DNA of 63,974 nt, filler included, from Guillardia theta CCMP2712 (GCF_000315625.1; 8 parts of 8 records of this genome joined end to end with filler, not necessarily neighbours in it), one strand, 5' to 3'. Positions 25,539 to 38,773 are shown, counted from the first letter of the whole stretch. Numbers and translations are program-made. Notes: a model not told the origin generated them from the sequence alone.

Positions 25539-26763
25539 TTACATTCTTTCATCATCTTGCAAGGCAGAGAGCTGCTTGTTGAGCTCGGCGATCTGCTTCA
25601 TCGTCGACGAGATCTCCTGGTCCTTCTCCATGCCGTTCCCGTCGTCATGTGGGTACAAGTCTTGCGGGGGCCTCTGACGGCTGGCGTGCTCTGAGCCGCG
25701 AGAGTGGCGCATGTCATGTGGGCGGTTGCTGGACTTGCTGAAGCGAGGAAAGTCGTGCTCCTCGTCGTAGTTGTATCCCGCTGGTCCCTCCCTGCTCTTC
25801 GACGGTCGGATCTGAGGAGGAGGCTCAGAGTATCTGACGCTCCTGAGCTCATCGAGCCAGACGTCTCGCTTGTCCACCCCCAGCTGGAACTTGAGCAGGG
25901 CGAAGCCGTACACAGACTTGGCGGCGACGTCCATGATGACAGTCATCACGTGGGCTGCCAGCTGGGAGATGGCTCCGAACTCGGTGAGAAGCCAGAGGGC
26001 CGGGTAGCCGCACCAGATGCTGAAGTAGAGGGTGAGGGAGAGCTTGAGAGGCGCTCGAATCTTCTTCGCGTCCTCGTTGAGAAACTGCTGGAACCGCGCG
26101 TAGACGAGGCGGATGATGCTGATCCACGTGAAGGCAAAGATGAAGCAGCCGAACATGAACCAGAGGTACCGCGCAGGAGGCTCGAACGCGTTGCAGAAGA
26201 CTCCGCATGCGATGGTCAACCCGACGAAGAGAGAGTAGGTGATCTTGTAGGGGAGGTTGAGCGACCACAGCAGATCCAGCGTCTGATGCAAGGCAAGCAC
26301 GTCAGTCGCGGCCATCCAGAAGCAGCGAGGAGAAGCGAGGAGCAGGAGCAAGGAGCAGGAGGAGCAAGGAGGAAGGAAGGAGAGTACATACCAGGATAGG
26401 ACAGGTGAAGATGTAGTCCAGGTACTTGAAGTAGTTGACAGACAGAGAAAGGCCCATGTCATTGTTGAAGTGAGCGCAGATACGGCCCCAGTAGGTGATG
26501 GCAGCGATGAGGTTGACGTAGATGGAGAGGCACTTCTCTTCCCGGTAGCCGACGAAGAACTCTTGGTCGCCATCGGGGCCCTTGAACGACATGAGCTTGT
26601 ACATGAGGGCGAGAGAAGCACCAAGAAGACAAAGAAATCCCAGCCAATCCACAGCAATCACGGTCGGGTCGTGAAGATTGAAGTTTGGAAGGCGAGGATT
26701 GTTCCATCCTCCCATGCCATATTGCCAATTGGGATCGGAGAGTGAAGGGGCAGACGTCGCCAT
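25539..26763 (-). CDS. GtCCR4: Bacteriorhodopsin-like (DTD) cation channelrhodopsin, GtCCR4 or a near-identical paralogue; exons 26763-26392 and 26282-25539, 371 aa
   Basis: 7TM type-1 opsin. Helix C YFKYLD116YIFT120CPILTLD127 carries the DTD motif; helix G is D242VAAK246 (retinal lysine). One GT-AG intron 26391-26283 with a CTGAC branch point joins the frames exactly. The N-terminus MATSAPSLSDPNWQYGMGGW is recognised from cryptophyte CCRs. Confidence 0.92.
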
Positions 26764-28669
26764 AATTACGAGACGGCGAAAAGGTTGACTAGGAAAAGCA
26801 GAAGTAAGAACAAAGCTACTCGTCAATGCATGAGTCGTATTACAACTTTTCCCAAGTTCTCTACAGGCCATCTTCTCTGCAGGTCATCTACCTCCGTGAA
26901 TGACTCCTGCTACTCCATATGTTCTATCCTCACAATCGTTTTCGTTCACTTATACTCCTGCACCTCAGACCTCTTCATTGTGTCATCATCATCATGACAA
27001 ATACAGTTTTGACAGCAGACTCTTCGTAAGCCAGCAACAACCTCTGTCTAGTTCTATCTCGACAACCCCAGCATCAAGCTGTTCCATGCAACGCTCCACA
27101 CTAGAACATGATCAAAGGCGAGCACACAACTTGGTTGCTAGGAGGCGACGATGCTACCAAGAGGAGAAAACATCTCCTATTCAAGGTCGACATCTGTACA
27201 ATGACAATCACTGGATCAAACTGTGAGTCTCTTCCGCCCCTGATGAATCATTTAGATGAGGACGAGCCACGAAGCCTCGAGGAGCAAGCAAGACCGCTTT
27301 CTCCGGCGGCATGATCGTCTGCTCTGCGAGACCGCGAACGTAGTAGCGCGAGCATGGCAGATGCAAACAGAGGAATCAAGGGGTAGGGCCATCAATGACC
27401 CCTCCTTCCCTCTTGTTTGCAGGGGGTGGTATGTACCGCCGGCACAAATTAGTACACGGGGGGGGGGTACCGATGTACTGATAGAGAAAATGGTAACGAC
27501 TATGGGGTCCTAGGGCACCACCGGTCCTGAGGTCTGTAACCGTTTTTTTTCCTAAAAGGAGGGGGTAGTGGGGAAGATGGGGCCCGGCCTCCTTACCTGT
27601 ACCTTGTTCCGAGGGTTATCATTACCGGTACTTATGACAGGTAAAATGAGGGGTAGTCTAAGAGAAATATCCTTTATCAGAAATAATGACCGGTGGTGGC
27701 CCCACTCGAGGCTTCCCTACCGCCCCCCCACCCCCGCTACGCGTATAATGAACAAGGGGGGGACCCCCTCAGTCACTCGCATCATGAAAATGGTCCAGAA
27801 GGAGACACCCTGGGGGTAGGGGTGAAGTCTCTATGATGGACTACCCCTGTCTTGATATGAGAAATATTGGACCTTGGTACCGGTCATATGGTGGAAACGG
27901 GGGCATACCCTCAGGGGTGGTCTTCAAGTGACTCACCGCAGATCTAGAGGGGGTGGGTCGTAACGTGTGTACGGCCATCTGACCGGGTCACGGCCGCTTG
28001 GCAATGAAGGGGACCGTGAATAGTACGTGTGGTACCTTGCGACTGTACTGAGGTAGGGCTCTGGTACCACCGACGGGAACGGTAGTAGTAGTGACGTTAG
28101 CCTGAGTGACCGTACACTACTGATGAGTCGCCGGTCAGCGGGGGGGGGGGGGGGGAGCAGAGGCCCGGCGGGCCTTTTGAACGAGCCGGTACTAACTTGT
28201 AACCTAACTCAGTTGAGTAAAACTTGACTTGTAACTCGGGTCCGGATCCCATCGGATACATTCAAGCCCTTAGAGGGCCAACCCCCTTGGCAAGGGAAGT
28301 TGGGGCTGGTGGTGAATGACTGATGATTTCACTTAACTTTGAGTTGGGATGGTGAAGTAAGTTTGTAGTACTCCCGGTCCCGGTCGGCCGGGCCGCGGCC
28401 GCCCGGCCCGTATTCTTTTTTTTTGTGAAGTATTTTTTTTCTTTTACAGATGTTTTCATTTCTTAGGTTTCGGTGAAGGGACTTTTCAAGGCCCTGAGGA
28501 GGGTAGGGGTACCACCCCATGGGTGATGTGGACCCCACCGCGGGGTGGAAGATATACTGAATACCCCTTCTATACCCGTATTCTCGTGGGGTAGTACAAC
28601 CCTCCCATGAGACGCATTCAAAGATGCGTCTTTCGATTCATCAGAAGTGAGGGTCATCGGGCACGAAAT

Positions 28670-28698
28670 GGTAGGGTAGGGTAGGGTAGGGTAGGGTA
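28670..28698 (+). repeat. (GGTAG)n pentamer run, potential G-quadruplex
   Basis: ggtagggtagggtagggtagggtagggta gives 5 GGG tracts. Confidence 0.7.
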
Positions 28699-28858
28699 TG
28701 GGAATCAATTGCATAAAATGAGGCTATCAAAGAGGGGTCAGTAAGGGTAAAATTAGGGGTGGATGACAATTGACTCATCAAAGGAGGGGTGGGTCCCCCT
28801 TGGGTGAGATGAAGGTGGGGGTGGCAGGGGGGTGGCAGCGCGACTCCGGCGAACAACA

Positions 28859-29870
28859 ATGTGTGCACCAGCGTCCAAGTTGGCGGATCTCAACAAGCTG
28901 ATCATGAACCCCGAGGGCAGGTGAGACTGAGGGAGACGAGGATGCTCGAGGAAGGTGCTGCCTAGCTCGAGACAGAGTGAATCGTAGCATGGAGGGGGAG
29001 GATCGATGTCCGAGGGTTCCATTTCCTGCATGCATGTTGGATCCGTTCGGGAATGTTCGACCGTGGGAGCGACGGATTGCTACTTTACCTGCACTTGATT
29101 GATGAGACCTATCATGAACTACTTCTGAAACATCGTAGAAGTTAGGGAGAGGCAGAAGTTGCTGTAGGACATGAGACGTGGACTCCCTTTGTTGACTGCG
29201 GCAAAGTCGCATGTTTGGAAGGGGTGCCAGCCTACAACTTGTCCCCATGTAGTTGAACAACATGTAGTGAAGTGAACAATGTGATCCATACTTGTTTGTG
29301 TCTTGTTTGCTTCTTCTCAATCTTGATCTCTCTCATTGTTCGCCTGAACCTGCTGCGCAGCGATACTATCCTGCTCGAGTTCGGAAATTACATGAACTGA
29401 GGGCAGTGGAGGTTCAACACGGGAAGAATTGATTTCTTGATAAAGAGACTGTTCGAATCTGGATTTTCCATCCAGCTCAGCTTTATTGAGGACCTTGGAT
29501 CGCGAGATTCTGTGCGACTCGCAAGCCTTGATGGGAAGGAGATAGCGTTTCATCAAGACATGCAGCACAACAGGAATATTCCAAACCTGAGGCACAACAC
29601 CGAGAGCATGCTTGTTGCTGCTATGAAAGCTTACGGTAAGGCATAGTAAGGTTGAAGCGCACAAAGGCATTCCACAGCGAACAACACTCTTAAGACTCTG
29701 TCAACATGACGCAAAGAACCGAAACCTGTACTTGCAGGAGGCTTTTTGCCGAGATTGTCGATCTCTCTGGATTATCAAGAACTCTTTCCCGTGTGAGCTT
29801 GATGATATCAGGACTGGAGGCAAAATGACAGCGGATTCTGAGGAAGAACTTGTGGGATCTCTAGACATTA
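28859..29870 (+). CDS. Hypothetical multi-exon protein
   Basis: Exon-like segments (MCAPASKLADLNKLIMNPEGR|gtgag; IKRLFESGFSIQLSF..MKAY|gtaag). Confidence 0.3.
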
Positions 29871-29943
29871 AACATGGATTCTTGTGTATGTGTGTGTGTG
29901 TGTGTGTTTGTTTTGTTTGCGCAGGGAACCGCGTTCACAGAGT

Positions 29944-30633
29944 TCATTCGAATTCCTGATAATGCTTTCTCACTCTTCTCCGAACGTCCCAGGTACACTC
30001 CAGACCTTTCGGAAAGACCGCGTAGGTACCCGGAACGAGTCGAACTGCCCGTCGACCATCCCGTGGGGTCACAATCGCCTCTCCCTGTGAGGTCAGCAGT
30101 GTGACACAGCAGCAAAGACAAGAAGCAGGACCTCGAGCACGTAGATAGCTTCATTCTTGTCGTAAGCGTATTCAAACTGAGCTGTAGGCATCTCGTCGCT
30201 CGACCATATGTCACAGGATTTGACGCCCTGGTCAAGTGAGACAAGACTACCCATGCACACTGTTCTTCACCTTCTTAGTCAGGAAATCTGCAGGCGGGTT
30301 TTCCAGAACTTCGATCTCGGTCAATGAAGCACTCTTACCATACGCCTTGCCTTGGAACATGCTGTAGGACATTCCTAGGGCGGTAAACATCTTGACTAAC
30401 TCACGCCTTGAATTCCAAGCGCGCGAATCTGCATGCTGTTGCATAGAAAGTGTCGAGGGACGGGAGACGCGGAATTGCCCTCGGACCATCCGAGGGATTC
30501 GGGAGAGCCCTCCATGATTCGCCGTGGGAGGGAGGTAAGCAGCAACAGAGCACAAGCCGACCAGGAGGAGAGCTGCCACGAGCAGCGTCAGGGCACCAGG
30601 AGATCTATGAGGAGGGATCAGATCCCTCCTCAT
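29944..30633 (-). CDS. Cupin_3 (DUF861) protein with signal peptide + plastid transit peptide + twin-Arg lumen signal
   Basis: Spliced GVKSCDIWSSDEMPTAQFEYAYDKNEAIYVLE/GEAIVTPRDG..FPKGLECTWDVRRRVRKHYQEFE* fits the DUF861 consensus. The N-terminus is LLVAALLLVGLCSVAA-Y, then an R/S-rich segment, then SRRELVKMFTALG. Confidence 0.8.
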
Positions 30634-31099
30634 ATCGTCACGATGTGATCGTCTTCCTGCTCCTCTCCCACCTCCTCACCCGCCCTTGCGCATGTCCTCA
30701 CCTGCCCCCCGCCTGACCGTCGGCATGGAAGTTGAACACAGCAGCTCCGAGCCTCAAAGCTAGTCAGGATGTGTGTACCTGACCCGCCTCGGAAACTCTC
30801 GTCGTGGTCGGNNNNNNNNNNNNNNNNNNNNNNNNNNNNNNNNNNNNNNNNNNNNTTAATTAATTAANNNNNNNNNNNNNNNNNNNNNNNNNNNNNNNNN
30901 NNNNNNNNNNNGACGATGGCGTGCTTGCGAGCCTGAGGAGAGAATAAAGGAGGTGAAGCAAAAACGTGAGAGGAGGCGAAATGTGGTGCTGGGGAAGGAG
31001 AACAAGGACGTGTAGCAGCAGCAGCAGCAGCAGCAGCAGCAGGTGGAGGAGAAGGAGAAGGAGAAGGGAAGGTAGTTGGGGGGGGGGGGGGGCGGGGGG

Positions 31100-31220
31100 A
31101 GGGGGTCTGACTCACCCACTCGGACTTTGCGAACGTTCTCATCTCGGCGAAGACTCGCGCCTGCTAGTGAGTGAGAACGATGAAGCGAGAGATTGAAAAG
31201 GAAGTAGCGGCAGCGGCAGC

Positions 31221-31263
<43 letters not shown>

Positions 31264-32075
31264 GCAAGGGATTTTCTTGGGATTTCAGACCTTGAAGTTG
31301 AGGAGACGGAGGTCATAGCGCACATGAGCAGAACGAGACCTGAGAGCAAAGACTTTGAAATCCCGCCATGCTGCAGTTGACCAGTCAGAAGGGACGACGA
31401 CGATGACGAGGAGGAGGAGGAGGAGCATCAGGGGAAGGAGAGGGTAGTAGTGGAGGATTAGATGTACCGTAGAGGGAGGAGGAGAGAAGAAGCGAGTCTG
31501 AGTGAAACATCTTCTTGCTCAGATGCGATATGATTTGCTCCTTCCTCCTCCTAGCCAGTTGCCAGCCTTCGAACACGCTCCGCATTATCTGCATGCAGAT
31601 GAGAATGCGGGAAGGAGGAGGAGGAAAAGGAGGAGAGAAACAGTCAGCAGGTGATAGCGGCGTGAACTCACAGCCATGTGCTGCCGGAGAAGAAGCTTGG
31701 AGATGCCTAGACATGCAATGAAATCCTTGAAAAGATCATTGCAGAGGAGGAGGAGGAGGCGGAGGAGGAGGAGAAGCAGCAGCAGGAAGAGGGGGGAGAG
31801 AGGTTGGAGAGGGGGAGGCTGGAGGCTGACCATGCCGGAGCTGCTTGACCTGATGGACTTTGAAGATCCATTGATCGAGCGAGAGGCTGAAAGAAGAGGA
31901 AAATGATGAGATGGGGAAGAAAAGAAGAACGGGAAGGATAAGATCGAACAAGTTGAACACGGATAAGATCGAACAAGTTGAACACGGATAAGATCGAACA
32001 AGTTGAACACGGACGAGGCCCAGAAAGACGACACCAAGGATGAGGAGGGCGGAGGCGGAGGCGCAAAAGGAGGAG

Positions 32076-32106
<31 letters not shown>

Positions 32107-32134
32107 GCGGAGGCGAAGCAGGAGCAGGAGCAGA

Positions 32135-32179
<45 letters not shown>

Positions 32180-34974
32180 AGCGGGTAGTGGTGATTGTTG
32201 CAGTAGAGGGAGTCTGACGAGCTACCCGGAGTACTCGAAGAAGAGAGTTCTTCTGTTCCTATAGCAGAGCGTCTTGAAGCGCCGCCGGAGCTCCAGGAAA
32301 TCTCGCTGGTCACGACAAATATGAGAATGAAGGAGACGAGCGAGGTGAGAGGTCAGAGATTGACAAGAGGAGCAGGAGCAGGAGCGGGAGGAGGAGGAGG
32401 AGGAGGAGGAGCGGGAGGAGGAGGAGGAGGAGGAGGAGGAGGAGGAGCAGCAGCAGGTGATGGTGGATACCCATAATTCGAATGACTCGCGCTGAAGTGC
32501 CGAGAGGATGCGAGCGCGGAGAGCAAGGGTGGAAGTCAAGTCCGAGCAGTTGAGCAGGGCAGTGAAGCCAAAGAGAAGCGAACGTCGATGCTGCTTGCTG
32601 TGCAACAGGTGCAGCCGGTTGCTCCTCCTCTCCTTCTGTTCACACCTCTCTCTCCATGACACCAACGCCCTGTAGGAGCTGTCAGACCTCCCATGCTGAT
32701 ACCCATCGTTCTCTTTGTCGCCACCACATCCATCCTCCTCCTCCTCCCCCTCCTCCTCCTCCTCATCTCCATCATCATCATCTCCATCATCATCGTTCTC
32801 ATTCTCATTCTCATTATCATTCTCCAACACAATCAGCAACCACTCCTCGCTTCGTACCATTCGCAGCTCTTGCGAGCTTGTCTTGCTATCTGCATGGACA
32901 GGTTGTAATGAAGCTTCCTCCTCCTGCAATTAATCAACAATCTCCTCCTCCTCGTCCTCCTCGTCCTCCTCCTCTTCGTCCACCTCCTCCTCCTCTTCGT
33001 CCTCCTCGTCCTCCTCGTTTTCCTCTCGTCCTCGTCGTCGTCGTACTCCTCCTCTTCGTCCTCGACCTCGTCCTCCTCGTCCTCGTCCTCGTCCTCGTCC
33101 TCCTTACCTCAGGGACCATCGTGACCACTCGCTAACCGCCAGCGCCATGAGGCGGCGGAGGAAGAGCGAGACAGCAGCGAAGAGCTTCCTTGCGAGCAGC
33201 GACCTCTCCTACAGCGAATGAGCCAAGAGAGCCAGAGGAGGAGAGAGAGACGAGGGGGGAAGGGGGAGTTGGTGGGGGAAGTTAGGGTGTTCAGTGGCAG
33301 GAGGAGAGGAGGGCAGGGAGCAGGAGGGAGCAGGAGAAGGAGCAGGGACGAGAAGGAGCAGGGACGAGAAGGAGCAGGGAGTAGGAGGAGGAGGAGGATG
33401 AGCAGCAGCAGCAGCAGAAGCAGCAGCAGAAGCAGGACTTTGCAGGTACCTGGGAGACATTCAGCCATTCCTGCAAGACTTCTCGCTCTGTCTTTATCTT
33501 CTGCTTCTCCTCAAGGCGTCGGAGGCTGCGAGGAGCTCAGCGGGTTTAGTTCAATGGAGTTTAGATTGCTCCTCCTACCGCTGCTTCCGAGCTGCTCGTT
33601 TGCGGCACAAGAAGTTCCAACCTTCCCAGCTGACGCTGAGCTGAGCGACTCGCCTACTGCAGAGAAACGTCGAGAGATGATGGATGCCCCTCCTCATGAT
33701 GAGCTGCTTCAACGTAAGCTCTGCTTGCCCCTTCCCTCCCCCTCCTCCTGCCACCTCCTCCTCTCCCTCCCCACCTCATCCAGCCTCTCCCTCCCGCTCC
33801 TCCACCTCCTTCCGCCTATTCGTTCTTCAATCCTCCTTCTCACCTTCACGTACGTCTGCGTTCTTGTCTTTGCGTACCGGAAGAGACTCTGCTGAAACCT
33901 TTTCGTCGCCTTCGTCTGCATGCCTCGATCAAAGTCCACCTGAACTCTCGCCTCCCGTGCCCTCCCCTCTGTCTCCCTGGTTCTTGCCTCCCCTCTCTCT
34001 CCCTGGTTCTTGCCTCCCCTCTCTCTCCCTGGTTCTTGCCTCCCCTCTCTCTCCCTGGTTCTTGCCTCCCCTCTCTCTCCCTGGTTCTTGCCTCCCCTCT
34101 CTCCCTCTCGCCTCCATCCTCACTCACGTCATGCAGAGTTTCTCTCCACGACGTCAGGGCCTTACGGCACATGAGGATCTGCGCGCTGAAAGAAAGTGAG
34201 GGAGGGAGGGAGGGAGGGAGGGAGGGAGGGAGGGAGGGAGGGAGGGAGGGAGGGAGGGAGGGAGGGGAGATGTGGGGGGGAGGGCGAGGGGGGAGACCTT
34301 GTGATCCGGGCCAGCAATTGATCTTTGATGCGTCGCATTCTCTTGAAAAAAGAGGAAAACAGAAGCCAGTCGAGGAAGAGCAGGCGGAGCTTGAGCAGGC
34401 AGGTCTGAGGCTGTCAGTCCGCAAGGAAGGGGGGAGAGAAGAAAAATGAAACGAAATTGGAGGAGAAAAAGGAGGGACAAGGTAGAGAAATGACCAACAA
34501 GGAGGAGGAAGACGAAGGAGTTGCAGGGGCATGAGCAGGAAGAGGAAGAGGAGCAGGACTTGTGAAGAAATGGTGGGATGAAGATGATGGGGTAATGGAA
34601 GGGGAGCAGGAGGTGCAGGAGCAGGGACCTTATCGAGGAAGCGAATGAGTCTAGCACGAAACAAGGTCTTGAGCTTGAACGAGACGATCCAGACGTCCAT
34701 ACTCTCCTGCTTTCGCCTCAGCCGCTGGCAATGAAGTCAGTGACAAAGAGAAGCAAGCTGGACAAGGTAGGAGGAGAGAGGAGAGGAGAGGAGAGGAGAG
34801 GAGAGGACAGCAGAGGAGAGAAGAGAAGGGAGAGGAGAGGAGAGGAGAGGAGAGGAGAGGAGAGGAGAGGAGAGGAGAGGAGAGGAGAGGAGAGGAGAGG
34901 AGAGGAGAGGGGAGGAGAAGGATGGATTCTCACCATCTTTCAAGCACAGATTTGTTCCCACAATTTCTTGTAGC
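31100..34974 (-). CDS. Sfi1-like Trp-repeat helical protein, multi-exon, incomplete
   Basis: Repeated basic helices with spaced Trp: RSVFEGWQLARRRK, RALVSWRERCEQKERR, RKALTSWRETL, SSAASWRWRLAS. Confidence 0.45.
31936..32010. repeat. 25-bp tandem repeat x3 (GGATAAGATCGAACAAGTTGAACAC)
   Basis: Directly visible, perfect copies. Confidence 0.95.
33975..34105. repeat. 26-bp tandem repeat x5 (CCCTGGTTCTTGCCTCCCCTCTCTCT), intronic
   Basis: Directly visible. Confidence 0.9.
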
Positions 34975-35099
34975 NNNNNNNNNNNNNNNNNNNNNNNNNN
35001 NNNNNNNNNNNNNNNNNNTTAATTAATTAANNNNNNNNNNNNNNNNNNNNNNNNNNNNNNNNNNNNNNNNNNNNAGCGGAGGAGTCTTAGGATGCTAAC

Positions 35100-36019
35100 G
35101 CATATTTGTTCTCACCTGTTGATATCCAACTGATGTCGAATGATCTGACACAAGTCAGGCTGCTGGTACCAGACCCTCCTGCCCCTCCTGCCCTTCATTC
35201 CCTCATACTGTCCTGCCCAGCTCTCCTACCCTCCTCTCTCCGCTTCTCTTGTTCCACTTCTCGTATGCTCTCTCCCTCTTCTCCTCGCTTCTCCTCCTCT
35301 CACCTTGCCCGTGTCTCTCACCTCCCTTCCTCCTCTCCTCTCCTCCTCTTCCAGCCTCACCTGGGTTTGAGGGACGGCGCTGGAGCAAAACGCTTTGTTG
35401 GTGGTCCGGTACTGCTGAGCCTCAAGGTTGGTCAAGGGGTCCCGCGTCCTCTGCTCGTGGCTCTCCCGCACGATGGAGCGCTGGAACTGAATTCTCCTCC
35501 TCATCAGCGCCGCCTGCTGCTGCTCCGTCTTCGCGTACTCTTGTGCTTCCTGCGGTAGCCCGTCATGTAGGAAGAGGGGAGCAGAGGAAAGCAGAGGGTG
35601 AGGGAGAAGAGAAGAGGGAACAGAGGGGAGCAGAGCAGAGCAGAGCGCAGGACAGTGAGATGGCAGGAGGGAGAGATAGGTTTTGTGAGTCAAAGTTGAA
35701 AAGGAAGGAGGGGGGAGGGGAAGGGGGAGGGAGGAGGGAGGAGGGCAAAGGACCTCAGTCGTGAGCTTCGGATCTGCCTTTGCAAAGCTGTTGCGGGAGA
35801 CGCTGTACTTGCTGTATGTGGAGGATCAAGGCAGGAAAGGGAGGGAGGGAGGGAGGAGAAAGTGGAATGAGGACGAAGTTGAGGATAGGGATGAAGACAT
35901 ACAGGGGGAGAGCAAAAACGACGAGGGCAAGATCGATTAGGAGGAAGAAAATGAGGAGAACTGAAATGATGAGGAGTAGGAGGATGAGCAGGAGCAGGAG
36001 GAGAAGTAGGGGAATACAA

Positions 36020-36055
<36 letters not shown>

Positions 36056-37180
36056 TGAACGCACATGAACTCGTAGGTAGCAACGGCGATGAACTCAAAC
36101 TTGATGATGCAGAGGAAAAACTCCCCGCTGAGACGCCTGATGGGCTTGGCGTCTAGCTTGACCGAGATCCCCCTGGACTGACTGTCGTAGAGGATAAGGG
36201 AGACGTCGCGCAGCTGCTTGCCCTGATCGCACGCCATGCACATGCGCGAGACGTCGAGGATGCTGGTGGCTGGGCCGAAGAACTCGCTGGAGGGAAGAAG
36301 ATGGTGGAGCAGAGGAGGCGAGGGAAGTGAAGTGAAGAAAGTGATGATGAGAAGAGGACGAGGACGAGGACGAGAAGGAGGACGAGGACGAGGACGAAAG
36401 ACAACGAGGAGGACGATTGGAGGTCGGGTAAGTTTTGGCTGATGGACATCTCAAGGTACAGACCCGATCGTCAACTTGGTCGGGATGCTGCTGGTCTGGT
36501 CGAGGCGGAAGAGCGACATAAAGAGTTGATTGACCGAACGAATCTTACATCTGCAAACTGATCAGAACTCATGCGATGTAAATATCTTGATGCGCTCAGA
36601 TATCATCAAATCTATCAATGTTACTTACATCACCATCACCATCGCCATCACCATCGCCATCACCATCACCATCACCATCACCATCATCAGCGCCACCACC
36701 ACCAGCAGCAGCAGCACTGCATACCTCGCAAAGCAATCAAACGGCTCAAAGGATGTGACAAGTCCCTCGAGCTCCAGGTCAATCAGCGCTGCCAAGTTCT
36801 CAGCTCCCTCCTCCAGCTGGACCCCGGCAGGCAGTACCCATCGGCGACTCGTTCTTGTTCATAGCAAAGATTTCCTTGTGCGCCATGGGCTCCATGACCG
36901 CCAACAGAGCGTCTCTCCTGTCCTTGCTCGTGAGAGCGTCGCGCTGAAGACGCGACGATTAGCATCCGCGCATGCCGAGAGAGCATACAGTCCTCACCAT
37001 CTTGTCGACCTTCTTTCTCTCCTCCTTGTGATCTGCCAATTGGATCGATACCAAGCCTGTTCCATGTCATGTTCTGCCGAGGAGGGAAGGTGGGGGAGAG
37101 GAGCAAAGTGAGGGAGACAACTTCACTCCCTCCCTACCAGGCGGCTGATCCTTCATCCTCTTGATCACGATTCTGTCCAT
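35100..37180 (-). CDS. Hypothetical multi-exon protein(s)
   Basis: Coding exons such as CMACDQGKQLRDVSLILYDSQSRGISVKLDAKPIRRLSGEFFLCIIKFEF are flanked by low-complexity introns. Confidence 0.45.
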
Positions 37181-38773
37181 GGGGACTGCAGGTCGTTCGA
37201 TCACGACAGCATCGCGTTCAAGGCAAGGCAACAGCACCTCTGTCCTTGCGGCACTCCGAGCAGGCCGTTTCCGAGCAAGAGCTGGTAACTCCTCCCATTG
37301 TCTACGTGACAGTGTACTTCAGTCTGTGTGAAGCAAAAGGGAGAGCAAGAGAAAAGTCGGGGAGGAACTCTCTTTTTCATCGTGTTATCGTGCCTGTTTC
37401 TGTGATCTTGTTCCTGTTTTCATTCGCGCTTTGAATAACATCCCTTCTATCTACTTCATGCCGTACCATCATGGGCCTCCTGTCCCTCTCAACTTGTCTC
37501 TTCTCTCCTCATACCCTCTGCCTTCCTCCTCCCTCCTCCCTCCTCCCTCCTCCCTCCTCCCCTTCCCTCCTCCCTCCTCCTCTTCCCTCCTCCCTCCTCT
37601 CTCTTCACGTCTACGGTCTTTGACCTCGCGCAGTGTCGGCTCTAAAAACAACGCTAAAGATTGGAAATGACGTTTTTTTGCCTTGAACAATGCTAAATTC
37701 TGAATAAAAAAGCATTAATATACTAAAATAGAGTTAATATGCATGTATTAACGTTGTTTCAACATCTAAACTACCTTAACTCCGATCCGCCTCCCGAGTT
37801 GTGGTACAATTTATGCCTGCCCTCATCTCCACTCAGACCTCCACTCTTTTGAAATTGTATTCAAAGTTGAAACTTGCTATCATGGCAGGCTTAACTGATA
37901 TTTCAGTTCACCCTTCTAACCGTAACTGATGGAACGTATGCCAGCCGTGCCAGTCAGATCAGCGCCGAGTTAACAAAAACTCTCCTGTAAACCAAGACGA
38001 CTTACGTGGCAAGGCGGCCGATGTAGCGTATGAGACGAAGAGGGGGCTTTCCTAGCCGTCTTGCTAAGGTCCTCTCATGTCTGGATGCTTGGTTTTCACA
38101 TCCTAGCATACCGTAGTACAGTCTATCTCTCATGTGCTCCTCAATTCTGGTTTTGTGTGCATTAGGTCGATGTGATATCTGCGTGACTTTGGACTAGTAC
38201 AAGTCTAACAAACTTGTATTCCGTCGCTAACTGAGTTCGGGCGCCGGACATAAACCCGGCGCCCGGGCCCGCCGGGCGTCCCGCCGCCGGTCCCGGAGCT
38301 CTGCTGGAGCTCTGCCCTGAATCTCATTCCGAGGCGAACTTACTCTTACTATGTTCTGAAATTTTTGGTCCTAGCATTGAAAAATTAAGTAAAATAACGT
38401 CAGGTCGAGTTTGTGGTTGGAAGCCTGCGGCATGCAGCGATGAGGAAAGATGGAAGAGGGGAGGGGGGAGGGAGAAGTGGGGAGGGAGGAGTGACGATGA
38501 AGGATGATGGAGGGAGGAGGGAGGAGGGAGGAGGGAGGAGGGAGGAGGGAGCAGCATGGAGGAGGTGAGAGGAGAAGGAGAGAGGTGAAGAAAGCGAGGT
38601 GACGATTGGGGAAGAGAAGAAAATAGATGGATGAATGGGCAGCGATCGGGCCATGAGACGGAGCCTGTGGAAAGGAGAGGTGAAGCAGAATCCTTCTTAC
38701 AGACAGCATAACGCGGGAATGACCGACGTCGAGGCAGCATGTGCCGCCTGCATGAACACAGAGGAATGAGAAG

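Noticed and set aside
24544-26399. Antisense ORFs overlapping the rhodopsin
   Set aside because: GC-rich shadow frames or read-through of a spliced neighbour, with no protein motifs.
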